A DNA stretch of 62,926 nucleotides, the filler included, from Globobulimina sp. (taxonomy: Eukaryota), in NCBI GenBank assembly GCA_003354225.1. It is 50 parts of 50 records of this genome, joined end to end, with 100 filler letters (N's around TTAATTAATTAA, not from the genome) between each part and the next. Parts side by side here need not be neighbours in the genome. Positions count along the whole stretch, not along the records: positions 1 to 1,161 come from PIVH01021975.1; positions 1,262 to 2,422 come from PIVH01021976.1; positions 2,523 to 3,683 come from PIVH01021977.1; positions 3,784 to 4,944 come from PIVH01021978.1; positions 5,045 to 6,205 come from PIVH01021979.1; positions 6,306 to 7,466 come from PIVH01021980.1; positions 7,567 to 8,727 come from PIVH01021981.1; positions 8,828 to 9,988 come from PIVH01021982.1; 42 more parts are not named here. One strand, written 5' to 3'. Below are positions 1 to 11,349 of the stretch, one piece after another (within the stretch, counting starts at the first letter, position 1; every line of letters starts with the position of its first letter). Position numbers and translations under genes: made by a program. The notes under the pieces were generated by a model that saw only the letters and a program-made list of their open reading frames with translations, ran no database searches and was not told the origin of the DNA.

Positions 1-938
1 GATTGGGATTCCGACACTGGCAGTGAAGAAGAAACACAAACCAAACCAGCACCAAAAAAACCACCAACAACCAAAGTAATCAATGATTTGGATGCATCGG
101 ATGCATCTGATGAGGAACCAGCAAAACAACCACAACCACCACAACCACAATCAAATAATCAAAACAATTGTGATCAAAATGGTACAAACAAAGAAGAAGA
201 AATTGAAAAACTAAAAAAAATGAAATTGAAAATGCAAAATTATAAAAGAAAAAAAAGACAAAAACAAAATAAGAAAAAAAATAAACAACAACAACAACCA
301 CAACCGACAGCAGCCAAAGCCAAACAAAATGAAATAAATTCATCTGATGATTCTTCTTCTTCTTCAAATGATAATGATAAGGATAAGGATAAGAATAATA
401 ATAATAAAAAAATGGAAAGTTATGAAGAAAGAATGAGAACAGATAATGAGATTTTATTCGGAGGAGTAGAAGTGGATAAACGTACAATGTTAAGCGGAGA
501 AGTAACATTAAAACAGTTTCCTTTGGGTTCAAGTCATGACTGCGACAATTTAGCCACACAAATATCGGCTTTATTAAATGAGAAATTATTTGAAGATGCA
601 ATAAATACAAATGACATATTCCTATTTTATAAAAAAATATTATCTTCTCCTGTACTTTCAAAATTAGATATGGTCGATGCAAAGGAATTAGCCAATAAAT
701 TGAATTCGTTACTTAATCAAAAACAAAAGGCATGGCATAAAATGAAAAATCCAAGTTTTGTGATCATGAATTTATATATGTATCCTTGCACTTATCCAAT
801 TAATAAATATATTTAGAGAACAAAAAGAAAAAGAAACCACAATGGATTGTTTCTGCTAAATTTGCTTCTAAACAAAGCAGAAAAACTGGACATGTTGATG
901 GACAATTTGATGCGGATGAATTTAGTTTGTTTGATTGA
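1..938 (+). CDS. EIF3J: Translation initiation factor 3 subunit J-like, 5' partial; intron 755..816
   Basis: Acidic DWDSD N-terminal motif, EERMRTDNEILFG motif, helical C-terminal domain; splicing GT(755)..AG(816) gives a KKKKKP...DEFSLFD* tail. Confidence 0.7.
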
Positions 939-1161
939 TTGATTTTTCTTTTTACTTTTACTATCACGTCTTGTTCGTTCATTAAATATTTATAACGTCG
1001 ATCTCAAAAAAAAACATTAATTTTAGGTTTCAAATTGGATCCGAAAAACGTGTTAGTGCATCAATCCAGAAACGCGTTTTTTATTTTTGTGCTACTTTGT
1101 CATATTATTAAAGAGAAAAAAAAGTAAACGTAAATGTAAACGGAACGAAATAGTCCGTCAT

Positions 1162-1261
1162 NNNNNNNNNNNNNNNNNNNNNNNNNNNNNNNNNNNNNNN
1201 NNNNNTTAATTAATTAANNNNNNNNNNNNNNNNNNNNNNNNNNNNNNNNNNNNNNNNNNNN
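1162..1261. other. Artificial contig spacer (N-run + TTAATTAATTAA + N-run); first of 49, recurring every ~1260 bp
   Basis: The same linker, with stops in all six frames, separates fragments of 1160-1161 bp. Confidence 0.98.
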
Positions 1262-1671
1262 AATCGCTGCAATGCCACTTCGCGAGTGTCAGGAAACAAA
1301 ATCAGTCCAATCCACACTTTGACGCTGGTCAATAACTTCAATATATCCGTCGATTTATAACATTCTTTTTTTAATTGATGGTACATTGAGACCGTCTCAT
1401 ATTTAATGAAAAAGTGAGGCGCCACAAAAATTGAAAAAGTGAGACGAAAAAGTCTTACTGCTATGACTTCTTTTGTGATTGGCAAGGTTTTTGGGTTTAT
1501 AATAGCTAGAGTGGTTTTCAACTTTGAATTAAAAGTGTGAACCTAAAAAGTCAAAAGGATGGAAAGCATCTGGAGACGACAAATGATGTGTTGATCGAAA
1601 ATAAGTGATGTTGCTAAATGCTAATTGATTAAACAATATTATAAAATGTAGTTACTAGTAATGAGATTTCT

Positions 1672-2422
1672 TTAATTTTTATCAGTATTATGTGTTTTTA
1701 GTCCTTTCTTAACACAAACAGGGCATTGCTTGTTTATTGTGCCATTATCAATATGCTGTTGTATTGAACTTTGCGTTCTTGGCGTTGTATAACCAGCACA
1801 TCGCAAATGATAATAAGTATTACAACAAACAAATAATATCATATGTCGCACCGGCGATCTTTCCAAACATTTAAAACATTTAATTTTATCATTATTTGTT
1901 CTCCAATCATCCCGATTAATATTTACATTCTTATTCCTATTCCGATTCCGATTTCGATTTCTATTCCGACGATTTCTTTTTTTTGATAATTCTTTCCTTA
2001 TTTTGTCGCTTTTGCTTTTCTTTTTATTTTTATTTTTTACAGCCGATCGCAAACTTCTTTTCCTTGGATTTAACTCAATTTCATCAATCATAACATCATC
2101 ATCCTCATCATCACGCTCTTTCTCATCACTCTCTATTTCATCCTCCTCCTCATCGTCATCCTCATCTTCTTCATCATTTATATTATAATCGTCATCGTCA
2201 TTATTCTTTTTATTGTGATTAATGTGTTGTTGCTTTGGTTGTGTATAATGTTTATATTTTTTGAGGAATTTTTTCATTTCATTTTGTATTTTTTGCTTAT
2301 TTTTAATGCCCATCATCTCCAAACATTGATATATTTTCGGTTTTAATTTACAAACATTGATCAAATCAAACTTACACAGCCTTTCATCTTTTTTCTTACT
2401 CTTATTACTTTTCTTATGTCTA
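1672..2422 (-). CDS. PHD-finger protein, C-terminal part
   Basis: CFKC...CC..YHLRC...CPVC zinc-ligand pattern after acidic and basic low-complexity tracts. Confidence 0.65.
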
Positions 2423-2523
2423 NNNNNNNNNNNNNNNNNNNNNNNNNNNNNNNNNNNNNNNNNNNNTTAATTAATTAANNNNNNNNNNNNNNNNNNNNNN
2501 NNNNNNNNNNNNNNNNNNNNNNA

Positions 2524-3630
2524 GGAGGTGGTGCGCCACATAATTGTTACAGAGGAGTAAGAGGAGGAGGAGGAGGTGGTGGTGGTGGTGGTGGTAACAG
2601 TAACAACAGCAACCACAGTAATAATAAATATAATCCGTTCGCATGCACAGACGTTAACGTAGTTAGTGCGCTTGCACAAAACGAAGAAAAGCAAAAAGAA
2701 AACGAAAATTATTTAAATGCACTCAAAAAAAAAGGGATCAACGCTTCATTCACATACATCGGAGATGGACATAATGAATTAGCGCAAGAAATTAACAATA
2801 AATATCTGAAAAAAAACGGCTTGGAGAGAATTGGAATAATGCGTTCGAAAATAAACAATGTCACCACCGACGTCTCGCTTGCTGGCCACAACAGAAAATA
2901 TCCTTCTGGCGGTGAGTATAAAATAATTGCAGTCAACGCCTTTGTCTCCGCAGTCTCAGCATCCGCAACGAAAGCAAAAATGTTTGGCAAAGCATTATGT
3001 AATTTAACTCAGGCAAAAGACGAGTTTGCCACTGAGACGTCTCCGTTCAAACCGTTGTATAAACAGAAGTTACATGTCAGGGCGTACTCGTTACCAACAA
3101 GGGAATAGGAGTTCATTTTTCCGACTGCAAACTCAAATAAATTAATTTTACCTCAGTTTCGGAAAAATGTTGATTTTTTATTATACAATCTTTCGAAAGG
3201 AACCAAAGTTGACTTAATAATACAATATCAAGTATTTCATGACTATGTAAACAAAGCGAAAGATAATAAAATTCGACAAAAAAGAAAAAAACATAAAAAA
3301 CATTTTGACCCTCGCTTTAATCTGGAATTATTATGTGAGCCGTTTATGTTGGAACCTTTTTTTAAAGAAGGATATGATTTTTTTATTTTTGGGAGTAATT
3401 GTATCAAGTATTTTTTAACAGAGAACAAAAGTGCAAATTCGAGGAATGATTTATTAATTTGTAAAGCAAACGAAATGGTTTGGTCTACATTTTCCAACTG
3501 TTGGAGAGCAAACGTGAAAAACGAGGAAATCGCCAAAGATACTGGATATAATATCATCACTTTGGTGGGAAAACGAAGAACATTTCAAGAACAAAAACTA
3601 AGAGTCTTTAAAATGAAAAGTTTAAAATAA
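2524..3630 (+). CDS. Unknown protein, 5' partial, Gly/Asn-rich start; one frame interrupted by a single TAG at 3106..3108
   Basis: ORFs 2821..3108 and 3346..3630 share a frame; manual translation finds no other stop from 2524 to TAA 3630. Confidence 0.55.
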
Positions 3631-3923
3631 TTTTATATGTGTTCGTTTTTTTTTTTTTTTTTAAGTTTATTGTTTGATATGGTNNNNNNNNNNNNNNNNN
3701 NNNNNNNNNNNNNNNNNNNNNNNNNNNTTAATTAATTAANNNNNNNNNNNNNNNNNNNNNNNNNNNNNNNNNNNNNNNNNNNNGATTACAATGGAAGGAT
3801 TTAAAATTATAAAGTATTCGATTGTTACATATTCTCTTAAACGCTGCCATGACAGAAAGCTGTATAGGTTTTTCACAAAAATAATAAAAAAACAGCAGGT
3901 TTTTAAGCTAAAATCAAAGCTCA

Positions 3924-4790
3924 ATGACGGCTATTAAAGAAACATTAATATACAGCAAGAGTGCATTAGAGATTGTGACCAATCCATTTATAGTCGGGGA
4001 TGAATTAGTATATTTAGCAAAAAAATCGTCAAAAGATTTTCTGCGTATTTTAGAGATTGATAAACTGCAGCAACCAGTCACATGTTTAAATATATTAAGA
4101 GGTGGAAGATATTACAGCTTAATCGATGCATGGAATGAAGTAAAGACTACAGATTTAAAATTAGCATTATCGGAAATACGAGCTGCGAGGGAGCGGCATA
4201 AAAATGGTAATTGGTTTGCCAAAATATGGCACGATGATGCTGTCTCAAATATATCTGATCAAGAATCGGAAATGAATTTGTTGAATGCGTCCACGTTAAT
4301 TATAGGCGATACAATTGCTACGGGTACGACAATTATTAATGTATTAAACTGGTTTGTTAACTTACGGAAAAGCAATAACATAAATAAAAAAATACAAATT
4401 ATTTTATATTCAATCTGTGGCAGTTCTACCGCCAAGCATATATTGTACAATTTTTATGAGGATATATTAAAACCAAATAACATTGAAATTGAATTATTTT
4501 TAGCAAATGCTGGATATGTATTAAACCAATCAAATGGTACAGATTTAAGTTTAATTACAAATGAAATAGTACCGGAGTCACATAAATATATTGAAAATAA
4601 AATTGGTGCGAAATTTTTGAAAAACATGAAATGTGCGATATGGGATTGGGGTGAGAGATTTAATGGAATTGAGCATCATTTAAAGGAGATTGCACAATAT
4701 TTCTCAACATTTTATATCCATGATTTACCGCAGCATATAAGACAATCACTGATTCAATATCAATCAAAAAGTCTTCCTTCCAAACTGTAA
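3924..4790 (+). CDS. Type I phosphoribosyltransferase (UPRT-like) with C-terminal SKL
   Basis: LNILRGG, PRPP-binding motif IIGDTIATGTT, DWGERF near the C-terminus; ends PSKL*. Confidence 0.8.
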   Translation: MTAIKETLIYSKSALEIVTNPFIVGDELVYLAKKSSKDFLRILEIDKLQQPVTCLNILRGGRYYSLIDAWNEVKTTDLKLALSEIRAARERHKNGNWFAKIWHDDAVSNISDQESEMNLLNASTLIIGDTIATGTTIINVLNWFVNLRKSNNINKKIQIILYSICGSSTAKHILYNFYEDILKPNNIEIELFLANAGYVLNQSNGTDLSLITNEIVPESHKYIENKIGAKFLKNMKCAIWDWGERFNGIEHHLKEIAQYFSTFYIHDLPQHIRQSLIQYQSKSLPSKL

Positions 4791-4846
4791 GCACAATATA
4801 GATAACGTTTTTGACAGACTTAATTGACAGAAAACGTTTTCGAACT

Positions 4847-4942
4847 TGAATTGACTTTGGCCAACTAAGTGATTTTCGAGACCGTTACATTTCATGTCTC
4901 CAATGTCTACACTTGTCTTTTAGATTGGCGATCCTAAATATG
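4847..4942. repeat. Dispersed repeat, inverted copy at ~57421..57516
   Basis: About 95 bp near-identical to the reverse complement of the other copy. Confidence 0.9.
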
Positions 4943-5104
4943 ATNNNNNNNNNNNNNNNNNNNNNNNNNNNNNNNNNNNNNNNNNNNNTTAATTAATTAA
5001 NNNNNNNNNNNNNNNNNNNNNNNNNNNNNNNNNNNNNNNNNNNNTTGTAATTTACTTTTATTGAAGCTTTAGGTGATTTATTACGATACGCTATTTCGCA
5101 CATA

Positions 5105-6205
5105 ATGGCAGACTTTAATTTAGCAAATAAAACATTATCACATGAACAATTAGCTATGATTAAGAATCCAGACAACTATGTTATTGATGAAACAATTCTT
5201 GGCTTTACTTCGCGAGACATAGAACAATTAATAAATAATTATGCTGAAAATGCATTATATGTACGAACATCGGTCGATTACCACGATTCCACGCAAATGA
5301 AGCATGAAATACAATTAATAATTAAGGCACAAAGGGCAAGCGATATGAGCCAATATGGCTTCGCAAGCCTTTTAGCGAACGTTGTGGATCTCCGAATTGC
5401 GGGAGAGATTAATAAATATGTTAGCGATGTGACAGTGGTACGACATATTAGCGATGACAAACGCGAATTTGTCAAATATGCAAAAGTATTATTCATAGTT
5501 AAAGCCGAAGAGGCGTATAAATTAAACAATGTAATAAACTTAATTAAGAATCATTTAATTGGCAATGTAGATTTAATGCGATATTTAGGTGGCAATGGCG
5601 CAGATTCAGTGTGTCATTTCACTACAAATAAAAATTCCGCCTATTTATATAACTACAGAATATACGGAATAAGACCCAACTTCTTTTCGTGTAGTATTAA
5701 AGACTTAGGATCGCTGCAACAAATCGCTATATTTTTTGCGTCGAATATGAAACAATTAAAACCCGGGCAATGGGAATTCTTTGCATCGTTTGATGCGCTC
5801 AATCAACGTTTTAAACCAAATTCGTTCGAATTATCAACAAATACACGAATTGAGAAATTGCCAGATGATGAACGTATATTTATACCAAAAGAATACACAA
5901 TTAATGGCCTTCCGTGTGGACTAAATCTGAGAATTACACGTTTGGGACGAATCAAAATGGCGACTAATTCCAAATTATTAATCAATAACAAAGCACAAAT
6001 CAGTGAATTCCAGTCAAAAATGAACGGCCTTAACATCCACGATCCAGTCATTAAAAACATCCACAAACAAGCAAGAAATCATAAAAAGTTTAGAATATCG
6101 AAGCCGTTATTAATTAATGCAATGATTAGAATCTTTAATTACAAACAAAGTGATGCATGCCCTCAAGATACAATTTTGTATGCAATTAAAAACAAAGTAT
6201 GGTCC
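5105..6205 (+). CDS. Hypothetical protein, 3' partial
   Basis: Open frame over 360 codons with no recognised motif. Confidence 0.55.
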
Positions 6206-6424
6206 NNNNNNNNNNNNNNNNNNNNNNNNNNNNNNNNNNNNNNNNNNNNTTAATTAATTAANNNNNNNNNNNNNNNNNNNNNNNNNNNNNNNNNNNNNNN
6301 NNNNNAACCATAAATACCTTTAATTTAAACCTGCTTAAACCAACATTTAATTGAAGCTTTTTGCTTCGCTAGAAAATTCTAAAAAAAAAAACACACATTT
6401 TTCAACAAACCTACTCACAACAAG

Positions 6425-7466
6425 ATGGGTAACGGCTATGCAACCTCTACATTAAAAGTGAAGTCTAAGATGGCCTCACAAAGAATGAAACAACATGTCG
6501 GTAAAAAGGAGAATGCATTGACAAAAACAAAACGTGGCATCGCGCAGTTAATCGCAGAAGACAAGATCCAGTCCGCTCGCATTAAAGTGGAGGGCGTGTT
6601 GCGCGAAGAGAATTTGATGCGCGTCTATGAGTGGTTGGAGATGATGTGCGAGTTAATACATCAGCGGGTCAAACAAATCGAAGTCTCCAAGAAAGACTGT
6701 CCCGAAGATTTACTCGAATCTGTCTGCACTTTATTATATTGCGCAAAACGTGTCGACATCCCTGAATTAACTGAGGTTGGCGGACAATTTAAAGCCAAAT
6801 GGGGCGAAAAATGGTTCAATAAAAACGTTGAAAATAGATCTGGCCGCGTCTCTAAACAAGTTATTCATTCATTATATCCATTCAAAATACGCAAAATCGC
6901 ATAAACAAACCCAATAAACACACAACTGTCCAGATCATAGAAAAATTATCGCCACAGCCACCCAAAAGAGCCACTGTCGATGCAAAATTGAAAGAAATTG
7001 CCACCAAATATGACCTTGATTGGGAGCCTACGGATGCTGTGAATGAAGAAGATATGCCGGCCATTGTTGGCCATCGAAATGAAGTTAACTATACACTCAA
7101 TGACAACCTATACAATACATTGCGATTTTGCGTATAGTACACTGTGGAATTTAACAGCAAACCATTTGGTATGGAATGGACGGCCACCGAGGACGGCGCC
7201 AATTTGTGGGTCTCCAATGTGACACCAATGAGCCAGGCCGCCCGCAGCGGCGTAGTGCCTGGCTCCATGTTGGTGGCCTTGAACGGCATCGATATTCAGA
7301 ATTTGGGCGCGCAATCTATCCATGAAAAGGCCGCCGCGTTGGGCTTGCCATTGCGAGTCACGTTTCGCAAGCCGGAGTCCTTGGAAGCGCCCAAGAATAA
7401 GAAGGATTTCAAGATCAGGGAGGATGTGGTGAACAAATGCGTGAAGCAGTTGAGTACGCCGCAAGC
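6425..7466 (+). CDS. IST1: IST1-like ESCRT-III regulator fused to a PDZ domain; introns 6860..6933 and 7084..7137; 3' partial
   Basis: ARIKVEGVLREE, LEMMCELI, RVDIPEL and KLSPQPP match Ist1; exon 3 KPFGMEW...AARSGVVPGSMLVALNG is PDZ-like; both introns GT-AG, phase 0. Confidence 0.85.
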
Positions 7467-7566
7467 NNNNNNNNNNNNNNNNNNNNNNNNNNNNNNNNNN
7501 NNNNNNNNNNTTAATTAATTAANNNNNNNNNNNNNNNNNNNNNNNNNNNNNNNNNNNNNNNNNNNN

Positions 7567-8727
7567 ATACTTGGTATTTGTGGTGGATATGTAGTTGGTT
7601 CGTTGCTGGGATCTGTACATACATAGAAACAATTTGTCGTTAATTATTAAATGATGATATTTGCCACAACATATTTGTACATACCATATGTTGGATGCAC
7701 ACTCGGTTCAAATGTCGGATACAGTGTAGGCATTATCGATGGAAATACAGTTGGTTCCACTATAAAACATAAAAAAAAAACAGAAAAACAAAATTATTCA
7801 TAAACGTTTTCAACAAAAACACATATATTTGAATGCACAAACATGTCGGTTCAAACGTGGGGGAATCTGTATATGACTCAATATTTTCATTAATCGTTAA
7901 ATACTGAATATAATCCGTCATATTCTGCTTAATATCATCAGGTTTCTTGTATTCGCCCGAATGCCCACCAATCACCAACAACATATCAATATTTTCATTG
8001 TAAGCATATATATCTGAGCCGTACCACCGGATAGATTTAGACAAACCATTCAAATCCACATAAATAAACCGCTCCATATTCATATCAAACACCTCAATAA
8101 TTCTCCCCGTATTCGTCACTGTATTCAAAGCACCGCCAATCAGATACGCCTGGTTTTTTTTGTTATCCACCAACGCATTGAACTCACTCCGTGGATATCT
8201 CATTGCGTCCAACAAAGCAAACTCATCGCTAAAAATATTGTATTTCGTGACCGCTGCACTCAATGCATTTACATACTTATTGTACCCACCAAATAAATAA
8301 ATATACTGTTTACTGCTATCAATGCAACAGGCACCAGAATCGATTCTTGCTTCCGAGGGTAATATGGCAGCATAGAGCCATTCATAAGTGACGGTGTTAT
8401 AAATTATCATCGTATCTGCATCGTTGCAGCGCGGATCAAATTTGTCGATGCTGGGACATTGTGTGTTGTATCCAGCCAAACTGAATAAATGCGTATCGTT
8501 GTTGACTACGCAGGCACCGCCATTTAAATAATACGGTGTGTCGATTAGACCGATGGGCGGAGGGATTATTTGCTGCGTTTCTAAGTTATATACAATGAGA
8601 TAACCTGTTGGGTCGTTATTGAGTTTTTGAGGCGATATCACGTAAAGATATTCATCAATTTGTGTACTACATTTGCTGAAACAAAAGAAACCACCCAATG
8701 AGTTTGTAGTGGTTAATATGTCCCACC
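7567..8727 (-). CDS. Kelch-repeat protein with Pro/Thr-rich repeats, partial, intron-containing
   Basis: YLFGGY, YLIGG and LVIGG kelch motifs followed by PTFEPT repeats. Confidence 0.8.
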
Positions 8728-8988
8728 NNNNNNNNNNNNNNNNNNNNNNNNNNNNNNNNNNNNNNNNNNNNTTAATTAATTAANNNNNNNNNNNNNNNNN
8801 NNNNNNNNNNNNNNNNNNNNNNNNNNNTCTATAGAATCCAAAGGCATAATCTCTTCCGCTGGATCAATATTGAAATTACTATTAATTAATATATGATTGT
8901 CTATATCCTGCAACAGTAATGTAAATAGAGCTAATGCCTCATATACCTTAAACAATATGTAAGAAGAACTGTTCTATTCGGATCGGAG

Positions 8989-9336
8989 ATGACATCTAAA
9001 AAAAAGAACAATAACAGAAATAACGATTATGTACTTTTGACGATATGTCTTCTTGCTCCTGTGTTTGGATTTATCAATATATTTATTACCAAGTCATGGA
9101 TTGCTTATCTTGTATTACTAGGAATATCAGTTTTATTCCCTATTGCTCTACTTATTTGCCAGTATCCAAAGTTGCATAAGCTTTTCATTACACTGTTTTG
9201 GTTACCTCAATTTGCAGTTTATTTTATATTGGCAATGATGTGTCCTATATTTGGTTTTCCACCTGATGATTTTGATATTGTAAAAACATCTCAACAAAAA
9301 GAGATCTCACCAAAGGTCTATGGTAAATGCAAATAG
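8989..9336 (+). CDS. Integron cassette ORF 1, small membrane protein
   Basis: GGAG next to the ATG, about three hydrophobic helices, followed by attC. Confidence 0.7.
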   Translation: MTSKKKNNNRNNDYVLLTICLLAPVFGFINIFITKSWIAYLVLLGISVLFPIALLICQYPKLHKLFITLFWLPQFAVYFILAMMCPIFGFPPDDFDIVKTSQQKEISPKVYGKCK

Positions 9337-9373
9337 GTACCTGTTTTTACAAGCAAATAATTAAACAACATTT

Positions 9374-9504
9374 GTATAACAAGCCAATAAACGCTGACCG
9401 CAAAACATCGGCGGTATAGCCAAATTTAGCGGTACGCATAAAGTAATTCAAAAATTCAGCTTTAATCGTCCGCACTTTCGGGGCAGGTTATCGCGACGTT
9501 ATGT
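9374..9504 (+). mobile_element. Integron attC site (~131 bp)
   Basis: R'' GTATAAC-AAGCCAATAAACGCTGACCGC ... GCAGGTTATCGCGAC-GTTATGT R'; imperfect palindrome between two co-oriented ORFs. Confidence 0.85.
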
Positions 9505-9524
9505 GAGAAAAAACAGGAAATTGC

Positions 9525-9974
9525 ATGAATAGTATCAAAACTTATAATGCAAACCCTAAATATCTATTATCAATATTGTTTTGTTTAGCAATATTTTCCA
9601 TTCCAACTCTGTTTGCACTAATTGATTGGTTTAGATTTAATTCGAAGGGTAATTTTATTGGAATTTCAGTTGTATTCAGTATAATTTCTTCAGCTTATAT
9701 CCTCATTATTGCTCGTAAAATTACAATCACTGACAATAACCTAAAGGTAAAAACCTTATTATTAAATAGAACTATTCCAATAGAAAAAATTAAATCTGTT
9801 ACAAAAACCTACAGCACCAAATCAATGATCTGGTACTCAAACGACAAGAACAAGGCTCACATGCTCTGTTCTGTTCGGTTTGGCCATAACCCATTAGCGT
9901 TCTTTGTCATTCATAATGGAATTAATGAGTACAAAGAACTTTGTGAAAAAATTGATATAATAACAAACACATAA
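9525..9974 (+). CDS. Integron cassette ORF 2, two TM helices plus a bacterial-PH-like soluble domain
   Basis: AGGA RBS; ITITDNNLKVKTLL..TIPIEKIKSV; the TAA stop overlaps the next R''. Confidence 0.75.
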   Translation: MNSIKTYNANPKYLLSILFCLAIFSIPTLFALIDWFRFNSKGNFIGISVVFSIISSAYILIIARKITITDNNLKVKTLLLNRTIPIEKIKSVTKTYSTKSMIWYSNDKNKAHMLCSVRFGHNPLAFFVIHNGINEYKELCEKIDIITNT

Positions 9975-9988
9975 CAAGCCAATCAACG
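9969..9988 (+). mobile_element. Start of a second attC site, cut by the contig end
   Basis: ACATAAC-AAGCCAATCAACG nearly repeats the first attC start; ACATAAC is the exact reverse complement of the preceding R' GTTATGT. Confidence 0.8.
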
Positions 9989-10088
9989 NNNNNNNNNNNN
10001 NNNNNNNNNNNNNNNNNNNNNNNNNNNNNNNNTTAATTAATTAANNNNNNNNNNNNNNNNNNNNNNNNNNNNNNNNNNNNNNNNNNNN

Positions 10089-10943
10089 ATCACTTTTATC
10101 TTTTCGATTATAACTAAATACAATGAAGTTAGCGGTTCCAATTAAAGCCTGACAATAATGATTTAGAATAATCAATGTCCAGTAAGATCTCCCTGAGGAA
10201 ATTTCAATTAATCGGTCAATGGCAGCTGGTAATCGCAGCAACGAATAAACAATGACAAATCGCAATATTTTGACACAAATATGATAATAAACTGGTGATA
10301 ATATAAAAAAAGCAGTTTGTTTCCATCGATAAAAAGCAACAATTAAAGTAAAATAATTGACGACCAAGGAAAATAAGCTAATTATTGTCCAAATGAGTTG
10401 ATAATCGACAGATTTTAACCAACATTCAAAATCTTGAATGTGATTCGGCAAATTGGGATTTTGGTAGATTCCAAACCAATTTTTGGGATATAATGGAAGT
10501 ACAGTTGCAACAAACGCCATTACAATAATTATTATATAATGAAAATATTTGTGTTTTTTTAAATTGTTTAATCCGCCACCAAATAACAAATAACATAAAT
10601 GATATGCTAATGTTACATGCCATAAAGGACTTAAACATCCAAGAAATTGACTGTAAATCCCCAAAATAACACATTGTGATTCCCTCCAATACCCAATGTT
10701 TAGCCAACTGATTTGACGTAACCAATTTAAAAATAATTCAATCGACCAAAGACCATCACAAAGACTTAAATAAAATATAATTTCCATCGAAATTTGATGT
10801 TTTGTACCCATATTTGCATTATGCCAGAAACATTCGACATACCCTTCTTTCAATGACATGACACACACACATAAACATGATGTAATAGATAAAAATGATA
10901 AACCAACGGTGGGCACAGCAAGCCAGTCTTCAGTCGCTGACAT
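10089..10943 (-). CDS. 7TM GPCR, cAMP-receptor-like family, 3' partial
   Basis: Seven hydrophobic segments; IFYLSLCD, C..LG..SQF, ECWLK, GTANFIVF. Confidence 0.8.
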
Positions 10944-10990
10944 TTAGTAAACTTTGATTAAAAAAAACAGCTCAGAGAAAACATGTTAAA

Positions 10991-11063
10991 TACTTTCCCC
11001 GTACTTTGCTTTGATGGATTATCTTTTAGAGTAATCCCTCTAAATCAAAGCACGGGGAAAGTA
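10991..11063. repeat. Long imperfect palindrome (arms ~33 bp)
   Basis: TACTTTCCCCGTACTTTG...GGATTA pairs with TAATCC...CAAAGCACGGGGAAAGTA. Confidence 0.85.
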
Positions 11064-11349
11064 ATTCGACAACTGAACGAGTTTAGGAGTTTCGAACTGC
11101 AACATTAAAAAATAAAAAATTCGCAATGCACGAATAGTGCCCAATTTAAGAATATTATCTTCTTCTTTTTCGTCATACTTTGGTTTAAATCTCAAATACC
11201 TCGTATTATTATTAAATGTGGAAGTAATTTGTTGCTTACCTTGATCATGNNNNNNNNNNNNNNNNNNNNNNNNNNNNNNNNNNNNNNNNNNNNTTAATTA
11301 ATTAANNNNNNNNNNNNNNNNNNNNNNNNNNNNNNNNNNNNNNNNNNNN

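Noticed and set aside
80-682. 200-aa minus-strand ORF and similar shadow ORFs (e.g. 2003..2188, 21458..21844, 54429..54989)
   Set aside because: Antisense to better-supported genes or low-complexity tracts, with no motifs.
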